Program-made: the position numbers and the translations under genes
Shown here: positions 34,766-46,626 of the stretch, piece by piece
How positions within the stretch are numbered: position 1 is the first letter of the stretch
Layout: the number at the start of each line of letters is the position of its first letter
Notes under the pieces: model-generated
What the model was told of the DNA's origin: nothing
The model's database searches: none
What the model saw: the letters and a program-made list of their open reading frames with translations, nothing else
Origin: Lama glama
Taxonomy: Eukaryota
Length of the DNA: 64,000 nucleotides
NCBI GenBank assembly: GCA_028534125.1
Contig: CM052817.1
Coordinates: forward strand, 80,416,001 to 80,480,000
Direction of reading: 5' to 3'

Positions 34766-37000
34766 GATTTCAGATGCATGCCAGGTTTCCACTGATTGCC
34801 AGAATTCAAGATCACTACACATGGATCCCCAAAATCACCATGGCAGTGGCAGTTCATTAGTTGTGATCCAGCAGCCCGCTTTGGATAGCCGTCAGAGGTT
34901 AGACTATGAGAGAGAGATTCAGCCTGCTGCTATTTTGTCCTTAGACCAGATAAAGGCCATCAGAGGCAGCAATGAGTACACAGAAGGGCCATCTGTGGTG
35001 AAAAGACCTGCTCCTCGAACAGCACCAAGACAAGAAAAGCATGAAAGGACTCATGAAATCATACCAATTAATGTGAATAATAACTATGAGCATAGACCTA
35101 CCAGCCACCTGGGACATGCAGGACTCTCAAATAATGCCAGAGGCCCCATATTGAGCAGATCGACCAGCACTGGAAGTGCAGCCAGTTCTGGGAGCAACAG
35201 CAGTGCCTCTTCTGAGCAGGGGCTGCTGGGACGGTCACCACCAACCAGGCCCATCCCTGGCCATAGGGCGGAAAGGGCAATCCGGACCCAGCCCAAGCAG
35301 CTGATTGTGGATGACTTAAAGGGTTCCTTGAAGGAGGACCTGACACAGCACAAGTTCATTTGTGAACAGTGTGGGAAGTGCAAGTGTGGAGAATGCACAG
35401 CTCCCAGGACCCTGCCCTCCTGTTTGGCCTGTAACCGGCAGTGCCTTTGCTCTGCTGAGAGCATGGTGGAATATGGCACCTGCATGTGCTTAGTCAAGGG
35501 CATCTTCTACCACTGCTCCAATGATGATGAAGGGGATTCTTACTCGGATAATCCTTGCTCCTGTTCACAGTCACACTGCTGCTCTAGGTACCTGTGTATG
35601 GGAGCCATGTCTCTCTTTTTACCTTGCTTACTCTGTTATCCTCCTGCTAAGGGATGCCTGAAGCTGTGCAGGGGGTGTTATGACTGGATTCATCGCCCAG
35701 GGTGCAGATGTAAGAACTCCAACACTGTCTATTGTAAGCTGGAGAGCTGCCCCTCCCGGGGTCAGGGTAAACCATCATGATTTTTGGAGGTGGGTTGGAC
35801 CTCCTGAACGTCTAGCTTTCAAGCTGTGGCTGTTAAAAAAAGATCCCATTAGATACTGGTTTTATTTTCGTTACAGTTTTTCCCTGTTTCCCACCTTCTC
35901 TCCCCTTCTTCCCAAGGTCTGACTCATGGATTTTACTCTTCTCTAATGGATGATCTTCAGTAAGAGTGAACTGTGAAACTGCACCTGGCTCCCCCTTGTG
36001 ACACGAGCCTCTGCCATCCACTCGAGAGGGTATTGAGAGCCCGTGGGCTTTTGTGTAGCCTTTTTGTTCTGCAAGCAACTTTCCAAAGTTGTACACGTGA
36101 ACATATCCACACACACACCCAGACTACAGTGATTTAGAGCTGTTTTTGATTGGGTACTCTGGGAGCAGGGAAATTGGTTTAAAGAAGCAACTGTCTAATT
36201 GCTTAAATAAGCTATGTATTAAATCTATCTCCAGTTAGGGCTGTCTTCATCGAATTGGACCCTTGAAGAGCTTGGGGCGGGTTGTTTTTGTTAAAAACAT
36301 TAAAACTCTCCTTTAACCACTACCTTCTCCTTCTCACCCCTCAGCGTTCTCTCCCCTCAGTTTTGGCATTATCTTATTCTAGAGATGCCAGGGTTATTTT
36401 GTTCTGTGTAATTTTAGATTTGCCTTACAATGTACGTCTTCAAATTGGAGATATATTGGTTGTATCTTGCTCATCCTTATTCAGGCTTCCATATTTGTGA
36501 AGGACTCAGCTACCTTCCTTCTGTGCCCCATGCTTTTCACCAAATTTCTCCTGTCGTTGAGGGCACTTGGATAACTGAAGTTGATATTTATAGCTGATCA
36601 ATCTAGAGGTGTCACAGAACTATGCTGCCTAAAGTGATCTTGGCTCCTTAATGGCTTTTGGCCCCTGGGTTAGTTAACAGCTGAGTAATTCTAATCTTGT
36701 CTATGTTTTCATTGCCTTAACCACAAATTGTGGTGCTTTTTGTATATTTTATGTATAAATCACAAAGTTGAATTTTGACTATTTTTAAGACAAAAGTCTG
36801 TTAAACTTTTTTATTGTAAAGAATATTTATTATGCGAATCTCTATTATTTTATGATATTTATTGCAAAAGACTGTTGAAATGTACTCATGTCTGAATATA
36901 ACAAAATATCAATACGTAACGGAAAATAAGGTGACACGAGGAAAGTACATATGTTAACTATAATGCAGAAAATATATTAATTAATGAAACTGTCTCTTGA
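34766..37000 (+). other. SPRY1: SPRY1 terminal exon (55-nt 5'UTR part, CDS, ~1.2-kb 3'UTR; 3' end approximate)
   Basis: Long polypyrimidine tract (~34720-34763) ends in TTTTAG|GATTTCAG at 34765/34766. The 3' end is inferred from variant hexamers (AATATA 36971, AATGAA 36983) followed by GT/T-rich sequence at 37021-37050. Confidence 0.8.
34821..35780 (+). CDS. SPRY1: Protein sprouty homolog 1 (feedback antagonist of RTK/FGF-ERK signalling), 319 aa, CDS within a single exon
   Basis: ORF MDPQNHHGSGSSLVVIQQP...GQGKPS. It has the Sprouty NEYTEGP motif (Tyr53, c-Cbl docking site), the Ser-rich STSTGSAASSGSNSSASS segment and the C-terminal Cys-rich Sprouty domain (CEQCGKCKC...RPGCRCKNSNTVYCKL). Length and termini match mammalian SPRY1 rather than SPRY2/3/4. 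Confidence 0.99.
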   Translation: MDPQNHHGSGSSLVVIQQPALDSRQRLDYEREIQPAAILSLDQIKAIRGSNEYTEGPSVVKRPAPRTAPRQEKHERTHEIIPINVNNNYEHRPTSHLGHAGLSNNARGPILSRSTSTGSAASSGSNSSASSEQGLLGRSPPTRPIPGHRAERAIRTQPKQLIVDDLKGSLKEDLTQHKFICEQCGKCKCGECTAPRTLPSCLACNRQCLCSAESMVEYGTCMCLVKGIFYHCSNDDEGDSYSDNPCSCSQSHCCSRYLCMGAMSLFLPCLLCYPPAKGCLKLCRGCYDWIHRPGCRCKNSNTVYCKLESCPSRGQGKPS

Positions 37001-40000
37001 TTTCTTCATTTATGAGCCTGTACTGTTGTGGCTTTTGTCATTTGCTTTGACTTTATGCATACCCATTTTCTTTCTCTCCCTTAACATACCAAATCTAGAT
37101 GCAGATGAGCTCAAATTTTGAACTAGATGTTTCCTGAAAAATGCATTAATCAAGGTTTTGTCATCAAAATTCTGTTTCAACAAATGCCCAAGTGAATCAC
37201 TTTACAAAGTGAAAATTGTTTTTGTGGTTAGTATTAACGATTCCTCCCTATTTTGGCTGTTTGGTAAGCAAAGGGTTTTGTGTGTATCAGTTTCCTGGAA
37301 TGGGATGTATCTGTACGTTTAAAAAAAAAGTTTATCTTAACTCTTTTGGATTGGTCAGAAATTAGTTTTCATCAACAAAACTTAAAGAACTTAGTTCTGC
37401 AGGCATGCTAGAAATCTCTGGCACTGTCACTTTAAAAAAAACACTCTAGAAGTTAAGAGTGCACCAAGGGAATGGTTAACATTATCAAAGAGATGTTTTA
37501 AAAACATTCCGGTCCTTACGTTTTCATTTCCTTTAATAAGTCTTTAATGTGGCCTGATCAAATAACATTTTGTAATGTCTTGTGGAATAAGAAATCTGAG
37601 GGCCTGAAACTTTATTTAGAGAAGGTAAATATTTTTAGTTTTAGTCAGTGGAAGCCATGACGTAGAATCATTGGGTCTGAAAAAATTTCATTCATGTGAA
37701 TCCTCAGTCCCAGTTCCACTAACTCCTCCCTATGCCTGAGTGATGTGTCAAACCTGAATAAATCTGTATTTGAGAATCAGATGTTGACATAATTTGAACC
37801 CAGGATTTAGGCTGTCAAAGCTCTTGTCCAGCTCTTTTGTTTTGGTTGATGTCTCTTACGTGATTTGGCTACCAGCTTTAGGAGTATTTATTCTTTGTAA
37901 ATAGGCTTTGATTTTGTTGTAATCAGACAAGACATAAGTGATAGAAACTTGTTTTAATGTTTTTTCATCAAGCCACTAAACCTATTAGTTGGCAGTGTGA
38001 CATTTGATATAATCAAGTATTTGCTCTGGAAGCAGGGATTTTTTTTTTAATGAGTATTTGTGTTCTGAAGGCTATTTCATAATCTACAGTATTTCAAAAT
38101 GTGAATTTATTTCCTCTTGTACTCAAGTTATGTGATGTTATCACTGGTCCCTTAATATTGAATATTTCGTTGAGATTGGCTCCTTAATGAAGTGTATAAA
38201 CAGACTCCCTCAAAATACTGTGTAACTTTTCTTTGTTAATCAGATCCTTGATGTGATTAGGAGTTGTAAGAGCTGTCTGTAGCTATGCTAACCAGACTAA
38301 GAAGCTGCAGCTTTTATTGAAAGAAATTTATAACTTTTATGAGAATGAGGTATGCTGTGGAGTTTTAACTTCTGGCTGTGTGTGGAATACATTAAAATGA
38401 CAATAGTGAGATGGTAGTCCGCTCCGCCAGGGCTCTGGATGTACTCGGTCATAATGTCAGGCGCGTGTTTGGAAATAGCGATAGGTTAGAGGTTCAGACG
38501 TCCAGTGTGTGCTTGTCAGGTGCAAAGCATAAACACTTTGATCAAAACTTCCTCCTTTGTGATGGTTTAAACCTAGAAGGAAAAAATGTTAGTTTTTTCA
38601 TAAGTGCTTATGAGTCCTAGGCTTTTGGACCAAATACTGATGACCGTTTCAGAGTGCTAAGGCTTGGAAGGCATCAGCAATGCTGGAATTTCTTACCGTG
38701 CTACTGCCATTTATTTGATACTGCCAAGTGACGAATACCAAACAGATGGGCTAATCTTTCCTTCTTATTTCAGTTTTGCACCTCTTCCTCAACTGCCACA
38801 TCTTGACAAGTGAGTATTTTTGTTCAATAGTTCCTTTCCAGCATATTTTCTGACTACCATTCTTTTCATTCAAAGAAGTTTTATTTAGATAATTTAATTG
38901 TGAATAAAACCTATAGGATTTCTAGAATTTCTGTAATTGAGTAGCTTCCTGTGAACAGTTTCAAAATGTAACCCGGCAGAAAAATGAAATGTGAAAAAGT
39001 AGATGTACTGCTTCTCAGGAAGAGCCAAGATGAATCCTTAAGTTATAGCCTATTATGATTATCATATGGTTTTCAAAATCCAAACCATAGACCATTCCAG
39101 TCATTACTAAGAAAAGTAAAAATTAAAAACTAGTTTTTATAATGAAAGGAAATGAGTTAAAAACTAACCATGTCTTTACACTAAAGTTGATACTGGAACC
39201 AAACTCAGGATTCATTTCCAGAAGATTAATTTTTTTAATTGTCTCCTTTTCCTAAATCTTTCCCTTTTTTGTAGAGTGATGTATTTCAGACTAGTTTTTT
39301 GTTTGTTTTTGTTTTTACTCTTTAGCAGAAAAGTACAATCCCATTTTCAAACATTGAAATATTGAAACAACAGAAATTAGAGTATCCAGACAATTCTCAT
39401 CTTAACCTCTACCCCATCTCCCACCATAAATATATTTTTTAATTGCAAGAGAAAGTTTGGTGTTTATGAACATCTTGAAAACAAAACTTTAAATTCCCCT
39501 TTTGGCAAGTTGACAATTGGAAGGCTTCGGTTATTTCACTGATAAAGACAGCCATGTACTGCAGTGACAAGCTATTGATTCTTCTGCTGTTCTCTCAGAC
39601 CATTATTAAGCCATTCTGCTACATTTACAGAACAACTACTATGTGCATTACTCCATATGCAGAAGAATTGTAGAGCTAGAAATGGATCTTGGAATATATC
39701 TTGCTTTTTGTTTTTCAACCATATACGAAAACAAATAGGTCACTAGTTAGAAAAGTTAAAAACGAGAAGTCTGTGTCATAGCTCAGACCTACTCCACCCG
39801 AAGAACCTCCAGGGGAGGATATTGGTATTCTTCATCTTAAAAAGCTTCCTGGGTGATTTTATCTGGCAATTTGGGAATTGCTTTTTTTAGCTCAATGTGT
39901 TCCTTTGAGAATGTAGAAACAAAGGCCTGGCTTGAGAAGATAAAATGTTTGTGACAGCTAGCATAGAACCAGTTACAGGACTGTCTTCATTTCTCAGCAG

Positions 40001-40959
40001 CAACCCTGGTGCCTTCATGGTGTATGTTAGCCTTTCTTTGCCAGAAAGTTTTTCCTTCATAATTAATATATTTGACCATAATTCAGGACATGGAATGTTT
40101 TTCTGCATATATTACTTACACTTAGCTATCAGAAACAAGTAGCAAATGACGTCATTGCCATGATTATTTTTCATGTTAATATTAAAATTAACAACTTCAT
40201 CTGAAAACAGCGTGTGTTCTGGCCAAGTTTGTATGGTATAGAACAAATTGATTTGATCAGTTTGTAAAATTAACTTGGTATCTAGATTTAAGAACTTGTG
40301 TGATGACATTTCTTGCCATTATTCTGGTTGCATCAGGATTACAGTGATTAAAAAGCAGATTTAAATGTTCTGTTTTGTACTATTAAAAAGATTGGTGTCA
40401 ATCTATGAGTTGAATCATACCAGATATGGCAATAATTCTAATAGCAAAAACATCAGAGGACCTAGAACTGTTTTGAAGTAGGTGATTTTGGAAAATATAC
40501 TAGAAACCTCAATTATTCACTAGTAAGTAGTCCAAGACCTTGTTTTGGTAAAATAATCATAGAATCATAATTTCAGTAGTAGGAAGAAACTTAGAGGTCA
40601 TCTAATCCATCTTTTAAAATTTAGAGATGAGAAAGCCAGGTTCAGAGAGGTTACTTACCCAAAGTCATGATCTAGTTGCCAAAATAAAGTAAACTTAAAA
40701 AAAAAACTGCTTGCTGCATATGTACCTGTGGTAAATGATTGGAAGAGAGGAGAGGTTGGTTGATGGGTAAGGGGAGGATTTGAAGCAAAGTTTCAGGTTA
40801 ATTTATCAGTTTAACAAATTTGTTAAAGCACAGTGCACTAATGGTAGTCCAAGGCATAGGAATAAGTACCAAAAGAAAGGAGTCAGACCAAACTAGCTGA
40901 AGAAACTTGATGTAAGAAAGCAAGGTGTGTGTTTAAGAAAACTGAGTTCCAGTTTGGCT

Positions 40960-41095
40960 AGCAGTGGATCTCAACTTTAGTTGTGGGTTAAAATCGTCTG
41001 GGAGTAAAACAACAACAAACAAAACTTGTGTCCTGGGTGAGGCTTTGGCTTTTGTCTTAGAAGCACCCTAGATGATTCTAAGACACAGCCAGTCC
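40960..41095. mobile_element. MER5A-like hAT-Charlie element
   Basis: CAGTGGATCTCAACTT...AATCGTCTGGGAG...AAGCACCCTAGATGATTCTAA...CAGCCAG. Confidence 0.5.
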
Positions 41096-43679
41096 CTCTG
41101 TGTGGGATTGTAGGTATGTGTAGAAGAATTGTGGGAGATTAGAATGGCAGATATTAAGGTAAGGAGACCAATTTAGAAAAAGAAAAGTGGAGGCGCGAAG
41201 GGTCAGAACTAGCTTGGAGGTCAGTAGGGACGGGAAGAAGGGGTCACAAATGGCAAGTCTGCAGGACTGCGGTTATTTGTGTGTGGGTCTGAGACGGAGG
41301 AAAGCATTGAAAATCATAGGTCTGTTAAAAGAAATGGGTGGAATTAGCTTAGGAGGTATGTGGGGTGAGAAAGTTACGAGTTCTGTTGGGATAAACTCTT
41401 AAAGGGCGGGTGGGTTGCCAGTAGGTTACTGAGAAAAAAGTCTGAAGTTTGAGAGGTGGGTGATGGTCTGTCACCCACATGGGGGTGATGGGGAATCTGC
41501 AGCCCAGGTTCCTAAGGGAAAGAATGGAATTAAAAGCAGGCTAGGGACAAAACCTTGAGGAACATACTTTGGTTTAGGGAGCAGAATGGGGATTTAGAGC
41601 CAGTAGGTCAGAAGGGTGGTCAAAGAAACATAGGCATCGAAAGGCTGATATGTTTTAGAATCCAGAGGAGACTTTCAAGATGGAAATTAGTAACTAAATG
41701 TCAGAAGCTGTGCAGACTCCCAGCTAAATTTGGTCTTTACTATTTAGGAGAAATTGTAATAAAAACCAGATCACATGGGATCAGGAAATGCGTGGGTGGT
41801 GAGTACATGCAGGTAACAGCTTTAAACTACTCTAGAAGTTTTGAGATGATAGGAAACTAACCAGAGGCAGGTAACAGCTGAGGAAGATTTTTAGAGTAAC
41901 AGAAACCTGTGCCTTTTTGTCGGATGAGAACAAGGGCGATGGAGAGATGAGACAGAGGAAAGAGCTGAGGGAACACAATTCCGGAAGAGGGAGCACAAAG
42001 GGGCATTTTAACCTTCTCAAGAATGGTTCTTCTCCCAGAGGAAAGAAGAAAAGAGAAGGAAAAAACAATGGGAATTTAAGAGGGAAGTTGTAGAAATGCA
42101 CCGTGATTTTGGTAAATAGAGGATGGTCTTCTCTTGAACGTTAGGGCGCATCAGAAACTGAGACTGGTTCCTGGTTCCTGGTTCCTGGGAGCAGAGTCTA
42201 GAATGGCTAGAGGTGCGGATGCTAACGCATTGTCAGTGGGAACTGATGAAGCAAACCGGGAATTTTTTTGTGGGCCACTAAGTGGTTTTCAGATTTTATC
42301 AAGACAGTCCTTGCAGCTGGTTAGAGGGACAGTTAAGGCAGAGAGAGAATAAGGGACCATTAAGAAACAGTGAATTTCAAAGAGGAATTTTAGGGCTGTA
42401 GTCTGAGTATTTACTGAAATGGCTGGCCAGAAGAATTGGATGAAAGTTCCACTGAGGATGAAATGCAGGCTTATAGAGAGTATGGAAATAGCAAAGGTAG
42501 AAGACTGTTAAGGACAGAGAATTTTCAAGTCAGATCTTAGAAGGTGGGCCATTTTCAAATGCTGAGGAAATCTGGGGTTTCTCTGTGCTTGGGGAGGTGA
42601 GGTAGAGAGGAGATTTGGGGAGCAAAGGATGAAGAGGAGGTGAAAACAGTCCAGTGTGTTAGAAGAGTTGTTAATTTAGGTATTAAAATGCCACAGATGG
42701 AGAGGAAAATTTAGAGGCTGGTGTTTATGTTTGGAAAGGATGTTTTTAGACACTTTAACTTGTTTTTAAATTAGTGGATTATAAATTAAGTAATTAAGAT
42801 CCAATAAAAATGTAAGATTTCTTAAAAAGGAATGAACTAATGGAGTAGAATTTTTTTCAAATGGGAAGTGCTCCATTTATAGCACAAATGGTCTGTTAAC
42901 AAAATCTGTTATTAAATAAAGAAAATATCTTCATGAAAATTGATTAACCAGTCAATTCAGTCAAAATAATACACAGAGCCAAAAGACCTTCTGCTTTCCA
43001 CATTCCCTTCTTTAAGCTTTTGCACACTTTGGAGGCACTTCGAAAAGCAAAGGGATTGGGTCCAAGATCTTGGTCCTGTCTCTTTCACAGAGTTTGTATG
43101 TTGCAAATGTGCAGTAGAAGCTGTGAATGAATTTGATTATTTAACAGAAATAATTTTATTCTTTTGGGCCACCCTGAATCTGCAACCTTCTTCAAATGTA
43201 GAGAAGCCTATCTTTATAAAGAAAAGTGGTGGTGACAGAGTTATTTATAGACTGTGTGGAGTTCTCACCGGTTACTTTGTGGTTTATAAACCTGCTTTTG
43301 GAATTACCTGTAATTTCCTCTTTGTATCTGCCTTTGGCCATTTTTGGCTTTTGCCCTTTAGCAGTACCAGAAACACAATCCAATCAGAGAAGATAAAATA
43401 AAACAAAGATGAAACTAAAGTTTATCAGTTTGACTTCTTACTGTCTAACACCTAGAACAGTGCTTGTTACAGCAGAGTGGGAGCTCTGTAATATTTGTTG
43501 TTGCTTGCCTTGCTAGATTTAAAAGCTTCAGAGTAAGAAAGATGCTAAGATTAATGAATTGAATTTTTGTTTCTGCAGAGTTTTTGATACTGTTTCTAAT
43601 GTCAGCAATATTGGCAATTTTGAGAGAAAATAAGAATTGCTTGGCTCTGTCAACCATTTAATCATTTATTTAACGATAA

Positions 43680-44270
43680 TATTTTAGGTACTGAGGATCC
43701 CAGTCTTTGACTAGTAGTTCGTAAGTTTTTAAGCATGTGATTGGTATTGGTTGGTAACTGGGGCTGTGGAAACACTCTGGGAGGAGGCAGCCACATCTGT
43801 CTTTGCAAGTCGGGGAAGGCTTCATAGAGAAGACATGAAAGATGAGAGGCAATTCGTCAGGTGCACAAAGGAGAGAGAAGCATTTCAGATGAGTACAAAG
43901 GCGTGTTAGTGGGAATGATCGTGGCATGGTGGGAAAATTGCAAGTAATTTAAAATATTTGCCATGTGAGGGGTCTGTGGGAAGGACAGGCGCCAGTCATG
44001 AAAAGTGAAATGTCAAGCTGGGAGGTTTGAGTGCTCTCTTGTGAGCGATAAGGAGTCACGGACAGGCCAGGTTATAAACAGGAGAGTGGCATGACCAGAT
44101 GAGAGTTCAAAGATTCTTCAGGTAGCACTGTGGAGGGCAGACTGCCATCCAAGAGGGAGACCAGCTAGTTGGTTAATAGAATGGTCAGGGTGATTAATGT
44201 GACAGGGACAATGGAGACTGAAAGGAAGGATGGGTTTGAGATGATTGGTTGAGAAAGATGAGGGAGGAGG
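43680..44270 (-). mobile_element. LINE-2 fragment
   Basis: GTCGGGGAAGGCTTCATAGAG, GAGTGGCATGACCAGATG, AAGATTCTTCAGGTAGCACTGTGGAGG motifs. Confidence 0.55.
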
Positions 44271-46626
44271 GATCTAAGTGACTAATCCCTGGACCGACTC
44301 ATAACTGGTCCGTACGTACCTGGTAACTTAAAGGCAGAGGGGACATTTGTATAAATAAATGCATCAGGAGACCAAAATTTTCCACACTGAACATTCTACT
44401 AATTGTGCAGATTGGAGAATCTTTTTTTCCCCTTAGCACAGATCTCTCCCAGAACAGTTAATGAGTAATGAAGTGGACAGAAGGCAGGAAGCAACAAGAC
44501 AGAGAAGAGAATCAAAGGCTTTGAAAAATCAAACAAACTTGATTATTAATTCTTTCTTCCACCCAGCTCCCCAGACAGAGTTCACTGTATATCACCCAGA
44601 AAAGTGAATTATGTATCTGAACTCTGTTGTCAGAAATACCAAATTCCAGAATAAGAATTTCAGCAAGCCATTTTTTCCTGATTATCAGAAAACATTAAAA
44701 CACCCCCCACCCCTCCCTCTACATCCCCCACCCCACCCCAGACATTACATTTGGAAGCATTGGAGTATCTTAAAAACACTATTTACAACTTCAGTTTTCC
44801 CTCATTCTCTGTATTTTTCTCTGTCAAACTTAGAGAAGGTAGTGACGATGATGGTCAAAGGAAGAAGGGTGGTTGGGGAATACGTATTTAAGTGATTGGG
44901 AATTATGATTAGAGAGTAGGGAAGCCTCTCAAAGTCAGATCTGGGAGGGACCTTCAAGACTCCTTAGTTCCTTTCCTTCATTTTAAAGTAAAGAAAGTTG
45001 AACCCCAGAGAGATGAAATGACTTAAGGATAAACAGCTAATAGGAAAGTGAACCAGCTGAATGAGAAGAAGATGTGAAAACTACTTCTAAAGTTCCTATA
45101 CTATTTCCATTATATAGACCTTGCCTCTACGTGAAGCCTGGGAGTTTGACGTAGAATTCCTAAATAGAATATACCATAGCAATAGGCTGGCTTAATGAAA
45201 CCCAAATTCTTGCAGAAGCTGCACAAAATGAAGAACAGAATAATTTGGATTTTGGAATTGGTCATTTTTTTCCCTTGCAGTTTGAAATGCTTGTAAATGA
45301 GAGCATTGGAGTTAAACATTTTCTACATTTGATAGGTGGTACGTGGCACATGTAGAGACTTGGAAATGCTTTTCTGAGAGGTGATCATTATAAAGCGGAG
45401 TAACTTGAATTTGAGGGAAGCTGGCACTGCTTGATTTCAAAAGTTTAGTTAAAAAAAAAAAAGCCAAGTGTGCAAGTCCACACTTCTTCATGTCCTGTGT
45501 AGACATAGCGATTGTTTTTCTCCTTGGCACTGGAATAGGTACCATGTAGTCCCTTAATTTCTTAAGCACAAATTTTAATTGGGGGGAAGCTCTTAATCCT
45601 TAGGGAAAATATGCTTCATATGGATTGTAAAATCTGGCAAATTTTGGAAAGAAGAAAAGCAGGCAGTGCTCCTGAACAACAACAACAAAAAAGGTCTGCT
45701 GGAACTTGCCTTTCTTGAAAAAAAAACCAAAACCCAACATTCTTTCATACGGCATTTTTTTCCACAAGTATTTGCCCTTGAGCATTTTTTCCCACTTACC
45801 CATGCTTATCTTCAAAACAAACATTTATTCCTTTCTACTGTAGAGCGCGAGGAAGTTCCTTTGAGGTTATGCCCTACAAACGTATCCAAGCAGTAACTGT
45901 CACCTCCTTCCTACGGCACAACAGATGACTAAGTCAACCTCAACCGACGCGGCGCACGGGGCGGTGATTTCACGACAGGCTGTTCAGATGTTACCTATGG
46001 GACAGTTTCTCAAGGGGAAAAAACACAGAGCTGTATTTTTGTGTGCAAATAAAATGTTGGGTCCTTTTGACCCAATGGAAAATGTGTGTCTGCTGGTGGC
46101 TGCCTCGTTGGAATACGATGATTTACACTTGGAAACACTTGTGTCATTTATCATATGATGTTACTGGCCTACACAGCATGACTGCACAACAAATAACCAT
46201 ATTAAAAATTAATCTTTTCCAGTCCATCAGACTGCACGTCTTTTGGAAGCCGCACGTTTTCTCTTTCCCGTCTGCCTTGTCCTCTCACCTTGCCATCACT
46301 CTTCACATTAACTATGGGTTTAAGATAAAACTCGTGCACTGGGTACTCAATGGCTGTGCTCTCGGACTCCCAGCCTGCCCTTTCGCCCTTCTCTTCTGCT
46401 CTTCTGCAACATGAATCTTCTATCCAGTGGAATTGGTTCACTCTCTGTCCCTAAATCACACCTTCAAATCCTGACCTTAGGGACTGCCTTTACCTTTTTA
46501 ATCCTATTCTTTAATATCTGGGTTTAAACCCTACTTCTCTAAGTCATGCCAAAATAATCTCTCCCAGAAATTCTTTAGTAACACCATTGTATAAACTGCT
46601 CATTACTTTTAATGTCTACTTTTTAA

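Noticed and set aside
34669..34773. Unspliced 5' part of the 63-aa ORF upstream of SPRY1
   Set aside because: Runs through the intronic polypyrimidine tract; only the exonic part is relevant and is reported as a uORF.
35084..35503. 139-aa antisense ORF within SPRY1
   Set aside because: Shadow of the sense CDS with no independent support.
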